Source: Picochlorum sp. SENEW3 (taxonomy: Eukaryota). Taken from it: a DNA stretch of 64,000 nucleotides. The position numbers and the translations under genes are program-made. This document shows positions 32,119 to 42,745 of this stretch, piece after piece (the stretch's first letter is position 1; each line of letters opens with the position of its first letter). The notes under the pieces were generated by a model, which saw only the letters and a program-made list of their open reading frames with translations, was not told the DNA's origin and made no database searches. The DNA lies in assembly GCA_034226945.1 (NCBI GenBank), contig CP120453.1:558001-622000 (forward strand). Reading direction: 5' to 3'.

Positions 32119-32453
32119 GATGCTAGGAGCATCAACTTATATCTCAGACTACTTTATATGTATTAATGTGTGGGTTACAGGCGTAGTATCGGTGGTATGA
32201 ACTACAAGGACTGCATTTTTTTAATTCCCATTCAGAGAATCTGATGGGCCATCTAAAGCTGGCATATACCTCATTCTACAGCTGTGTCTGCAGACAAGAG
32301 TTCCATCTCTGGATATGGGTCCATGCATGGACACACACGTGTAAGGAGATTCTTGATATTACATGGAAGGTAGGATATGCCTACTATGTACAAATATTGA
32401 TTTTCCTCATGTGTACAAATGGTGAACGTGGCATCTGTATTATTCTCTTTTCC

Positions 32454-33425
32454 TTAGCAACGGAAGCAGAAACGTCCTCCAAAGTAGCAGCAGAGCTGTT
32501 GCTGTGGTGGAGGAGGAGGAGGTGGTGGAGGAGGTGGTGGAGGTGGTGGTGATGGGGCTGGGCGAGATGGCGATGTTGGTGGACTCTGTGGGCAGAGCCA
32601 TGGGCGGCAAATGTTGAAAACGCAGCACTCTGGCCCAAGCGGTGGTGGTGTCGGTGTCGGTGTTGGCGTTGGTGGTGGTGTCGGTGTCGGTGTCGGTGTT
32701 GGCGTTGGCGTTGGAGGTGAGGCACTGCATGGGCTTGGCTCTCCTTCTTCCCCAACCTGGCTCGCAAAAGACCCGATCACATTTCCAGCTGGATAGTATT
32801 GGCACACTAGAAAGTTTCCAAAGGAGCAGCTGCGAACACCACATCCCACCTGAATCGTGCTTTTCCAGACAATCTGTGTAAAATGGCCAGTGGCTGAGGA
32901 AAACCCAGGCCCTCCTGGTGGAGGATACAGACTCTCTTCATCAATCCACAACCGCGTTCCTTCCAAGCATGATAAACCAGTTCCACTCGCCAAATTCTCT
33001 CCATAATTCGTGTTGCTGTGAGCAAACACACAGGTATCGGCAACCTCTTGGGAGGCCTCTGCCAACGTTCGAGACCAGAGGAGTGGCGCAGCACCATACC
33101 TCTCTCTCGCAGCGTTATGCGCATCCAAAACCTGCTGTGCATCAGCACATGTGCCAATCTTATCCTCCGGGATGATTGTGCTCATTCCACAGGTTTGAGA
33201 CGACGAGTCAACGTCAAAGGTCTCACCAATATAACACTCCGGATGTTGTTCCTGTTCCTGTTCGGATACAAAGCACAGTGGCTCTCCTGACTGAAATTCA
33301 TATATTTTAAAATCTGAAGAAGGCAGTTGTGTCGAGGAGGCAAGATTCCTCGCGTTCGCGGCGCAAGCTGCAGACAGCACAAGCAGCGACACTAACAACG
33401 CCATTGATTTCGACATATTCTGCAT
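32454..33425 (-). CDS. Secreted CAP/SCP (PR-1-like) protein with hydroxyproline-rich glycoprotein-type tail
   Basis: Signal peptide; LDAHNAARERYG, YGENLA, GHFTQIVWKST and VCQYYPAGN; then (TP)n and poly-Pro tracts with short Cys modules. Confidence 0.9.
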   Translation of the reverse strand: MQNMSKSMALLVSLLVLSAACAANARNLASSTQLPSSDFKIYEFQSGEPLCFVSEQEQEQHPECYIGETFDVDSSSQTCGMSTIIPEDKIGTCADAQQVLDAHNAARERYGAAPLLWSRTLAEASQEVADTCVFAHSNTNYGENLASGTGLSCLEGTRLWIDEESLYPPPGGPGFSSATGHFTQIVWKSTIQVGCGVRSCSFGNFLVCQYYPAGNVIGSFASQVGEEGEPSPCSASPPTPTPTPTPTPTPPPTPTPTPTPPPLGPECCVFNICRPWLCPQSPPTSPSRPAPSPPPPPPPPPPPPPPPQQQLCCYFGGRFCFRC

Positions 33426-34060
33426 CGTCAATGAATACTGTACACGAGAATTCCCGTGTAACAATAAATACAGAAAAAAATTGAGCACAAAGGACACGCA
33501 TACGCCTGCATTGTCCTACACGCCGGTGGATCAGTTCATCAGCAGAAAAAAGTCAACGCTCTCCCGGAGAGATCTTTAGAGATCTGCCGAGACCAGGCTG
33601 GTGTTGGTTCCTCTTTCCAATCCATGCGGCATAGAGATGCGAAGCAATCTTTTTTGTCACCTACTATGACTTTAACAGAAAGCACCGTATGTTCTGAAAT
33701 ACCAGTGTGTTGCTACACTGACAGGTAGGATGCTTGGAGAGTGAATGAAGTGGCGCCACATCATGACATGAAACCAATCCTGACAGAGACTCTTGCACAC
33801 TCCTGGGTGCAAGAGTCAACGCACGTTGGCAATGCCACGAAGGAATCAAATCATGAGACAACAACATGTGTTGATCACCAATACAACAACAACTGCATCA
33901 TGTAGAGAAAACTGAGGCAGAGAGAAAAAATCCCCAAGAATCAAACTGTCATGCAAACAGCTTGACCAAATCGCCGAGGCACATCTCCGTTTGCACAAGA
34001 ACAATGATATGCATGTATTACAGGAGAACAAAAAAATAAACATAATCTATATGCATTCAT

Positions 34061-34468
34061 CTATTGAGACAGAGCAATCCTGCACTCTTGCATCCTTTCA
34101 AAGAAGACTCTGCAGGCATCCATATCACCGCCTGACAACGACATGCAGTCACTGAATGCCTTTGCTTGCTCCCCGCACTCCATATTCTCCTGTACAATCG
34201 TCTCAGCTGCCTGCTGTGCCTCCACTGGCTGCACCGGACCATAGCGTGGCCCCAGAACAGCATCCACTGCCCTATGGGCCATAGCACTTCCTCCCCCAAA
34301 TGCCATTCCTTGCATCACTGTTCCCATAAGACCTGGAGAAGAGCTCGTCGCTTGCTGGGGTGCAGGTGGTGCAGCTGCCTTGGTTCGCTGCGGTGGTGGA
34401 GCAGAGGCAGACGTAGAGAACCTACGTCCACTACCACCTCGTGGTGACGCAGAACGACGCCTTCCCAT
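34061..34468 (-). CDS. CHCHD2/CHCHD10/Mix17-like mitochondrial protein
   Basis: Arg/Ser-rich presequence, GMAFGGGSAMAHRAVDAVLG and a twin CX9C motif. Confidence 0.9.
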   Translation of the reverse strand: MGRRRSASPRGGSGRRFSTSASAPPPQRTKAAAPPAPQQATSSSPGLMGTVMQGMAFGGGSAMAHRAVDAVLGPRYGPVQPVEAQQAAETIVQENMECGEQAKAFSDCMSLSGGDMDACRVFFERMQECRIALSQ

Positions 34469-34753
34469 GACAACGTGTTAAATACTACTGTGAAAATATG
34501 AATTAAAATAAAATTACTACCTCACCGTGGGCAGAAAACCCTGTCGGGTCATCTAGAAGCCTCGCACTCTTATGATGCAGACGCACATTCCTTTCTAACA
34601 ATCTCTTTGACCGATGATTCCTTATCCATCTCAGAATGCACGTTTCTCTCTCTCTCTCTCTCTCTCGCGTCATTCCTACATGGTTCAGGATACCATGGTA
34701 CCTGTCAGTATATAATTATTTTAGATTGACGTGAATACAAAGAGCAGACAGAG

Positions 34754-34984
34754 ATGTCGTCCACAGCAGCAGCATCTTCCTATTGGCGAGTGGCAGGGAT
34801 GTCCTACCTGAAATATTCCAATCTGTGTGCGGATATGGTCCGGAGTGTTCTGAAAGAACCTGCTAAAAAAGCTGCCCAGTCTAGAGAGGCTATTTACTAT
34901 AGGTCTGCAGTTTGGAAGGATGGAGCTCCTGAGAAACAGGTCATTACGGACATTACTGGGGGAACATCTGGGAAACTGAGTTGA
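34754..34984 (+). CDS. ATP15: Mitochondrial ATP synthase F1 epsilon subunit
   Basis: YWRVAGMSYLKYSNLCADMVRSVLKEP...WKDG. Confidence 0.93.
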   Translation: MSSTAAASSYWRVAGMSYLKYSNLCADMVRSVLKEPAKKAAQSREAIYYRSAVWKDGAPEKQVITDITGGTSGKLS

Positions 34985-35151
34985 AACTGTGTTGTTGATA
35001 AACATAGTATGTATAATTTGCTCTTTTTTTTTCAACATGTGGTGTAAGATGATGATGGAAGTGGTTTTTACAGTCCTTGTTTACATACACCGAGTCTTTC
35101 AAGCAAAAAGTAAAATACCTGTTATTCTTTAATTGTTTTTCATGCTCATCA

Positions 35152-37587
35152 TCATGCATCGTATTGCACCCGTACTGACCTCGTCTTTGGTCCATCTGGT
35201 GTATTCTCTGTGATTGTTTCGATGGGCAACTCGTCGAACTCTGACCTGTGTTCTGGGCAGAACAAGAGATACGGGTGCATTTGGTAGGTGCAGACATCAC
35301 GGGCACAATTCAAGTGATAACTTGATTTGCATCTCTTGCTGAAACATCCCAATGTGGCTCCTTTGTTCTGGCAGTGCTTGCAGCGAAGTCTTCTTCCTCT
35401 TGTGACAGCATCCTTCACACCGACAATGAGGCCTTGTCCTGTTGGGTCATGTACTTCAGGGGACCATCTTGCACATTGATCGTGTACCCACGCCGTCGAA
35501 ACAGCGCTCATTTTTACCAGCGTGAGTTCTCCGAGGCCAGTTTCTGATCGTCCAAAAAAGCCTTTACGTGACACTGGTGGGTCTTCCTCTCCTGGAAGGC
35601 CACAGAGTGCACATACCGAGTCCTTTGATGGTCCACGGAGGAGCAACTCTTGATATTCTTCAAGTTTCTCCTTTTGTCGAGACCTCTTCCATGACTCGTC
35701 TGAATGTGATCCTGGGGACACGTTCAGGAGTTGCCCTTCTTGTTGAATCACTGCATCCAGTGCAGGCTGGGGACTGACATCATCATCTCCAGCAAGACCG
35801 AGAAGCGGCAGAACGCCAGAGTACTTTGCATCTCCATATGATACATTCAAGTACAAATTTAGAGTCTTCGGATCGCATTTCCATGACTGGATGATTGGAG
35901 ATGCTTTCTCCTTTTCAGCCTTTTCAATGGCTTGCACAGCTGGCTGAGGGTTGGGATTGAACTTTTTAGGCCGTCCAACACTCTTCTTCTCAGTTGCGGC
36001 CATTTGTGCTTCTGGCAGAGCTGGTGATTGGTCAGCTGTCACGGGTAAAGGACTCTCTTTCACCCCTCCTTGTACGATTTGGTCCGTGCCAGCATGCCCA
36101 AGCGACAACAAGGCACGTTTCTTCATCTTTTCTTGCTCCTCTTGGATCTTTGGCACCATGGTGTGGTCGACCATGGATGCAATGCCCTTCCCCAATGGTG
36201 GAGCAAATTTAAATACCAACTCATCATCTGGACCCTGTATTGGCAGGATCTCAATACCCATCTTGTCAAGGTATTTCACAAGTGTTTTTGATCTCTTTCC
36301 ATTCACCAAAAGATGAATGGACGTCTTCCATTTCTTTGCATGCGCCATACCAGCATGTCGTTCGAATTCCCTTGGTGCCATGCGCAATTCCTGCTTGCCC
36401 ATATGAGTCTTAATGAGTGAACACATGCCGCAGAAACAGTCACACGTCTGTGCATCCAGGCGAAACAACCCATTTTTTCCATTGCATTCAATTTCCACAG
36501 CCTTCTCTCCAGACCGTGTCTCAATCACGACAACATTAGCAAATGGATCAGGTGGTGGGACATCTGGATTCTTTCGTGGCCGCCCCCGCTTTCGTTTTGG
36601 CGGCTTTATCTGATGCTCAGACATTGTTGTGGTTCCCTGTGATCCTGACACTTGTGGATGATATTCTGCAGCGCCATCTGCCCCTGATGATGAAAGTCCC
36701 ACTTTCTTCTCTATGTGGGACATGGTCATTGCCTTCCATACAGTTTCAAGAACAATCATCACCTGTGGTGGCACATCACTACAACGACGGAGCGTCTTGT
36801 AAAATCCCAAGAGCGTGCCAAATGTCAGATCTTTGGATGGAAAATCTGGAAACTTCAATTGAATGAGACTATGACACATTTCCACTGAAATATAAGGATC
36901 CAGCCGTGCTATTTCCTCACAGACGTCTATCAAATTGCTCACTTTTGAAGCCATCTCTGCTGCTTCTCTATCAGTCGCAGTCATTGGTCTTTCATTTCCA
37001 GTCATCGCCAATGGTCTTTCACTTCCATTCACCGCCAATCCTCCCTCATTCCCAGTCACCCCCATGGCTCCTTCATTCCCAGCCGACGTATTCAGTGTGC
37101 TGTCCCTTGTATTCCCAGGAGAATGACCAAACGAATTCGATACATGACCGGGCATCCTTGGCATATATCCACCCCATGGTCTTGTCCTCATATGCTGCTG
37201 CCCAGCATCATTGTTCATAGCAGGCTGATATCCCCCCAATGGACTGTTTGCATAGATGTGACCAGAGTTGTACATGTATCCTCCACCCGTGCTGGGTGGC
37301 AAAGGACCCGGAGGCAGAGAACCGCGAAACATCCCACCATGATTGCCAAAAGAATCTTGACCCATCCCTCCTCCCTGGCCCGAATATGGATATGAATGAT
37401 GATTCGTTGTATTCCCTGAACCAGGCAAAGAGTGCCGACCAGGCAGACCATATCCGCCGCTGGGAACCTGAGGATCTCCCATCTGTTTCTGCTGATCCTG
37501 AATCTTTGTTAAAAAATTGCTGAGAGTTTCTACATCCTGACGAAAATCCGATGCACTCTCACGCCCAGAGCGAGGAATCGAATCCAT
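35152..37587 (-). CDS. Chromatin/transcription regulator with AT-hook, SAND domain and extended PHD (ePHD) finger
   Basis: KRGRPRK; IECNGKNG...PREFERHAGMAHAKKWKTSI (SAND); CALC...WVHDQCARWSPEV...CKHC..GATLGC...CKSSYHLNCA...FCPEH (ePHD). The start is uncertain; first ATG at 37587. Confidence 0.82.
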   Translation of the reverse strand: MDSIPRSGRESASDFRQDVETLSNFLTKIQDQQKQMGDPQVPSGGYGLPGRHSLPGSGNTTNHHSYPYSGQGGGMGQDSFGNHGGMFRGSLPPGPLPPSTGGGYMYNSGHIYANSPLGGYQPAMNNDAGQQHMRTRPWGGYMPRMPGHVSNSFGHSPGNTRDSTLNTSAGNEGAMGVTGNEGGLAVNGSERPLAMTGNERPMTATDREAAEMASKVSNLIDVCEEIARLDPYISVEMCHSLIQLKFPDFPSKDLTFGTLLGFYKTLRRCSDVPPQVMIVLETVWKAMTMSHIEKKVGLSSSGADGAAEYHPQVSGSQGTTTMSEHQIKPPKRKRGRPRKNPDVPPPDPFANVVVIETRSGEKAVEIECNGKNGLFRLDAQTCDCFCGMCSLIKTHMGKQELRMAPREFERHAGMAHAKKWKTSIHLLVNGKRSKTLVKYLDKMGIEILPIQGPDDELVFKFAPPLGKGIASMVDHTMVPKIQEEQEKMKKRALLSLGHAGTDQIVQGGVKESPLPVTADQSPALPEAQMAATEKKSVGRPKKFNPNPQPAVQAIEKAEKEKASPIIQSWKCDPKTLNLYLNVSYGDAKYSGVLPLLGLAGDDDVSPQPALDAVIQQEGQLLNVSPGSHSDESWKRSRQKEKLEEYQELLLRGPSKDSVCALCGLPGEEDPPVSRKGFFGRSETGLGELTLVKMSAVSTAWVHDQCARWSPEVHDPTGQGLIVGVKDAVTRGRRLRCKHCQNKGATLGCFSKRCKSSYHLNCARDVCTYQMHPYLLFCPEHRSEFDELPIETITENTPDGPKTRSVRVQYDA

Positions 37588-38250
37588 CCTGTCCTTGACA
37601 CGCGCCTTCTCCTGCACTGGGTCAATCTATGATCCCAATAGATCTTTCAATATCAATTAATGTTTATTATTTCTCAGGCTATCACGGGTGTGGTTTTTTA
37701 TTGACGCCTATATGCTGTCTGTCTGCCATTGTTGAACACATCGACCAACTTTGTAGTCCACTCCTGTGAAGCATGATACCCACTCGTAATGATACTATGA
37801 ATAAAGAATTGAGAAATATATAGTAATGTGAGCCATGGGGGAGCGCTACCTGTTTTTACGGGTGACTGCTTGGTGTGGGAATCCCAATACGAGGAGGGCA
37901 AATCCGACGACGTCGTCGACAGGCAGTAACGTCTGTCTAGGCGGGTACAGTTCATCCACTGTCCAAGAGTATGTTTGACCGGTATATCCACTAGTCACAA
38001 AGATTAGAGTCCCGAAATACTTTGGATATATATCGTTGACTCGGTCTTCCCGTCTCATGAAAAGACAACAAAGACTCGGGTATGAAAACTCATTGTGTTA
38101 AACAGAATTTACACAAACGAATATAGATAATCTCAGCAAGAAACAAGGATATCAGCCTCACTCTGGACGAAGAGACTGAACAATCCCTCATTTCTTCATC
38201 CACACATCACATTCGCATATTCTTCTACGGTAATATAACACTACATCATC

Positions 38251-38676
38251 ATGAGTTTGAAAGACGTTGTGTCGAATCTGAGGGCTGAAATTGAGACGGC
38301 TGTGGACTCAAAGCCGATGGTCAAAGTTCATGCCAAGGAGTGGGAGAAAATCATGCAGGGAAAGCCGGTGGAGATCAATCCATCTCTGGGGCATGGATTT
38401 AAGATTATGAGTGTTGATGAATGGGCTGCTCGATGGAAGACGAATGAAGAGTTTGCAGAATGCTTGAATTGTGGAAGCACCAATACAAAGGAGCATGCAT
38501 TCACACAGACATGGTGCCGTGGCAAGAAGAAATGGGACAGCGAATGCCTGTGCTTGGACTGCCATATGTTTAGCCGTAGACAGTATTGTGATCCTGATTT
38601 CAAGACACCAGAGGAGTATGAGAAGGAGAGATGGGAGAAGCTGGTCTTGAATGACACCTCCCAGGCAGTTGCATAA
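38251..38676 (+). CDS. Hypothetical protein with CxxC...CxxC zinc-ribbon-like motif
   Basis: 141-aa ORF with gene-like composition; CLNC and CLDC pairs. Confidence 0.7.
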   Translation: MSLKDVVSNLRAEIETAVDSKPMVKVHAKEWEKIMQGKPVEINPSLGHGFKIMSVDEWAARWKTNEEFAECLNCGSTNTKEHAFTQTWCRGKKKWDSECLCLDCHMFSRRQYCDPDFKTPEEYEKERWEKLVLNDTSQAVA

Positions 38677-38978
38677 GATGGTGTTGGTTTCTTGATAGGA
38701 GGCATTTCTTCCCATTGGTAGTACTCTCATCGTCGTTGTTGTAACACACAGACACAGGGTAGTTGTAGTCTTCTTGATCTAGATGTATAGTGCGACACAG
38801 ATATCGTTGATGATGACACTTGTCAGACCAACTGGGTGGCAATGTAATGTTTTATGTAACGCGTCCGCGTGTCGAATCTCATTCATTCCTTTTAAAATAA
38901 TACTATACTCGTAGTAGGAGTACGAGTACATGAAATATTCGGACTGGTAAAGTAAAACGCGGTTCGAGGTAACACAGG

Positions 38979-39419
38979 ATGGGAAACCTTTGTGGCGGAA
39001 ATCATCAATCTCTGTCCGACCGTAAAGCCTGGAGAGCGTCTAGTGGTGGGAGGGGATCTAAAACCTCACATAGACCCCCAAGAAATTGTACGAGTGGGGT
39101 GAAGCGGTTGGTGAAGCCTCGTTGGAAGAGCCAAGAGCGACTCACCAAGGCCGAGCTGGAGGAGAAGAGGGTGGTGTTCTGGGATACGCAGCCTCATTAT
39201 GGGGGAAGCAAGGTTATCTGGGATGCGCTCAAAGCAGCATCTGAAGCAGATTTACCGACTGCGTGTTTGATTCTAGAGAGCGCAGGTGTTATAGTTGCTG
39301 AGGAGGATATGCGTGTGTGTTATGATGAGAGGGGTTGTCGGTACGACTTGCCAGTCTTTGTGCTGTCAGAACCAGACAACCTAGCCGCTGATTCAATACC
39401 CACGATAGCTGAGGAATAG
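38979..39419 (+). CDS. UBTD/DC-UbP ubiquitin-binding domain protein, probably N-acylated
   Basis: MGNLC N-terminus; R..FWDTQPHYGGSKVIWDALKAA and CYDERGCRYDLPVFVLSEPDNL. Confidence 0.88.
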   Translation: MGNLCGGNHQSLSDRKAWRASSGGRGSKTSHRPPRNCTSGVKRLVKPRWKSQERLTKAELEEKRVVFWDTQPHYGGSKVIWDALKAASEADLPTACLILESAGVIVAEEDMRVCYDERGCRYDLPVFVLSEPDNLAADSIPTIAEE

Positions 39420-39718
39420 GTTGATTGCCGTTGTGTATTGATATGATATGAAGATGCGTCCTGTATGGATAGGTCTGGATAGGTGCCTGGGCAATGTACA
39501 CACAGATATTCACACAGACATCAAGCTGCTAAAAACAACTTTCGACAGAGCAGGGGATGCATAGGCAGGGACCTTCAACCAGAGTGAGGAGGTGGATGCG
39601 TCATGGTATTCGAGGGTCATCAAGACATTGATGTGTTACAAAACGAACAGACGAAAACTGGAACAGACAAAAAAGTGCATAGACACGTGGCATTTCTCAA
39701 TACCTTGCACATCACAAA

Positions 39719-41125
39719 CTAATAAAACATATTACATTCAATGCAACCTTCCTCGTATGGTTGGTCGTCAAAGGGGCAGAGTGGGAACTCATTCGGACAG
39801 TGAATGTGTTTCTTGCACTTGGTGTTGGCTGGATCACGCGCCATTTCATCAGCGGACTCACACCTACAAATACAGTATACCAGTTGCGTCACATGTCTAT
39901 TTTCTTGTATGCATAATGGGTCCAAAAAAGGTACGTACAGCCCATACAGTGTCGGAGGAAGTTCAGAGAAGTCGATATTGTAACCATCAGAAGGAACGCA
40001 GGCATCTCGAAACATTGGTCTGTAGGAAGCGTCGCCTGGGGATGCACACTTGAATCCCGGGAACTTTCCGTTACATGTGCAGTCGTTCTCACACAGCACG
40101 GGAAAAGAGTTGACACAATCTGGCGGTGGCTGCGTGGGAAGAGGTCTCTGAACCCTCGTCCTGGGGGTATCTGAATCTCCGTTTGGAAATTCGCAGATGC
40201 CGTTCAAGTCTTCTACATACGCTTTGGCACATTTTAAATCATTACGTGTGAAGCCCTTTTCATCAATGCAACTGCAGTCTGCGTCTGACTGGCATTGGAG
40301 TCTGTTCATTTTCTCTCCTTGGCACCTGCAACAAGAGGAGAAGATGATGCTACTCACAGTAAGGAGAGGCACTCAGGATATTCAGACCCACCTGTCAACC
40401 ATACTATCCTTACCGAACTCATCGATAGGTTGCTCAGTATTTGTCAGGAATTCGACGGCCAAGCCAAATATTGCTCCAACCAAATCAGACCCAGAGTCTT
40501 GCAACAGTCGTCTCCTTCTGAAGGCAGTGTCTGACGTGGTGTTCACCAGTCGGACACCACTGTCATCAAACTCAAAGTGCTCACCGGATGTCGTGGTGAT
40601 CAAGCCATTCTGACCAGGGTTCACGGCAGCAGAGGCCACTGTAAACAAAGTCGATTCTTGGGCACCTTTTGGCCCCACAGCAAGGCTCTTTAGCTTAGAA
40701 AGGTCACGAAGATTATTTATCTTATGAAGGCTTGTCAAATTTGATACTTGGGACACTGATCCCACGGCCAGAGGCTGACCACTTGCCTTGCTCACCAAGA
40801 CGCCATTGTCATTGGCGATGGCTCTGTCCAGCTTGACAACCATGTAGATAGACCCAGCAAATGCGGCTAGAAGGGCTGCAAGTGCTACACACAATTGAAT
40901 TATGATGGACCGGGTGAGCTTGCGATCGTCCGCAGCTTGCTGTTCGTCCACCACCATCCCAATCAGAGCTTCCACGGACACCCACCCGCTGTTCCCACCT
41001 GCCGCGGCTTCCAGCCTCCTGGCCACCTCGCGGGGCAGCGTCCTGCACCCCAACACCTCGGACAGCTCCATCTGCTGGACGCCTTCAGACCCAAGGTCGA
41101 GCCTTTTAGCGTCTTCGCTGCTCAT
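39719..41125 (-). CDS. Type II membrane precursor: degenerate EF-hand-like N-terminus, one TM, RRRRLL site, Cys-rich C-terminus (exons 41125-40392, 40325-39719)
   Basis: A 66-nt intron 40326-40391 (AG|GTGGGT..TTGCAG) joins the two track ORFs in frame (MVDR|CQGEK). Confidence 0.6.
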
Positions 41126-41894
41126 CTATACCAATCGACGCGTGGGTGCAACTCTGTTGTGGAAGACTCCCACACGATACCCCCGGTATCTCTACTCTCA
41201 CTCTGCAGCGTTGCTGACCAACACGCTCACGGTAGCCTGAATAGGAATATATACCATACCGGTACGAATTTTTTTTCTTTTCTGTCAATAGGGGATTATG
41301 TGTGTAAATTTTACATTCCAAGCCATACAACAAGCGCTTGTATGGGGCTACTACAGGCGCCACTAGGCGGACGGGAATGCCCCCCTAGAAGGCCTCCTGC
41401 CATCGCAGAACTTATTATAACCGCTACAATCGGCATTTCGGGACGCATCGCTGAAACTTTTGCCGCGGGGGACGCACGTTCGACACCAGGGCGAAATATA
41501 GGACGCATTTGCCTCATTACTATGGGATAGGACGCACTGCTGTATGGTCCACTCTCGGATTGGCACTGCGGTGCCACGTTCAATAGAGGAAGTAGTTGGA
41601 CTTATTAACTTACTGTCAACCCACTTGGGACATAATGAAGGGGACAACGCGACAAGGCTCGAATCTGCAAACACGAAAAAAAAGAAGACTGCGTTGCGGG
41701 TCGACGAGTGTGAATTCGAATTCGTTTCCAAACAAAAGTCCGTCCGCCCTTTCCATTCCGAGCATCACAATGTCGATTGGACTGCCATGAGGCTCATCTT
41801 CAACAAGGGGCCCGCGAGAATGCTTTGTTTATAGCAGCGTTATTATGCAATACAATTCATTATAATACGCGCATTGTCATTATCCTTGGGAAAC

Positions 41895-42716
41895 ATGGAG
41901 AACATGCCATGCGCCACTTCTTCTTCTTTCAGCGCAACTGGACGGTATATGTGCCATCCATGCTCAAGCATACCACAATCTACTAGTACTATATATAGAA
42001 ATATTCATGGGAGAAGAGTAGAGCGATGTATCAAAGGATGGAGAAGAAATGGGGCCGGGAGGTGGTCCGTCACGACGGACCTGTTTCAGCGGCAGGCATA
42101 CGCAGATGATGGGGAGGAGGGCTTTGGTGTCGATGAAGAAGCGCGTCGTCAAGGGATAGAAGAGTATGAGGAATTAAAGGAGATGCTGTTGCGGAGGACG
42201 TGGAAGTTTGGGGCTCTATTCTCCGTGTATTTGTTTCTGGTGGCCCCTGCTGATGCTCGGAATGCATCTCTGTTGGAACTTGTGGGATGTGCGGCTGGGT
42301 ATGGGTACTTGATGGCATTAATACGACACATAGAGTCGTATGGGCCAGAGAGTGATTGTCCGATGTTTGAAGCTGAGGATATAGAGCCAACATTTCTGAG
42401 GGTGCTTGCCAAGATTGGGGTGGGGTATGGGTACTCGTTGAATCCGAGGCTGTTGATTCCGATTGGTTTGGTGATGGCATGCGCAGCATGGAATAGTACG
42501 CAAGGAGTGGATCTACAGATTAGTCTGGTAGAACAAGGGTGTTTGGTAGGTGGTTTTTTGGGGTACAAAGTGGCGTTGTTTACAAAAGTTTATGATGATT
42601 TGAAGCCCAAGGTGTTGACGGCTGAGGAATTGATGAAGGAGAAGAGACCGGATTTGGACATGGATTTGGATGATGTGTCACTCTCTGATATTATAAATAA
42701 AAGGCGTGATGAGTAA
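41895..42716 (+). CDS. CGL160/Atp1(UncI)-like thylakoid membrane protein
   Basis: Transit-peptide-like N-terminus; YEELK..., GYGYLMAL, NPRLLIP and GFLGYKVA, with four TM segments. Confidence 0.7.
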   Translation: MENMPCATSSSFSATGRYMCHPCSSIPQSTSTIYRNIHGRRVERCIKGWRRNGAGRWSVTTDLFQRQAYADDGEEGFGVDEEARRQGIEEYEELKEMLLRRTWKFGALFSVYLFLVAPADARNASLLELVGCAAGYGYLMALIRHIESYGPESDCPMFEAEDIEPTFLRVLAKIGVGYGYSLNPRLLIPIGLVMACAAWNSTQGVDLQISLVEQGCLVGGFLGYKVALFTKVYDDLKPKVLTAEELMKEKRPDLDMDLDDVSLSDIINKRRDE

Positions 42717-42745
42717 TAATGATAACAAGACATGTATTTGTGTGA

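Noticed and set aside
40326..40413. Alternative GTAAGG donor at 40413
   Set aside because: With the 40326 acceptor it gives a stop after five codons. The 40391 donor preserves the Cys-rich frame.
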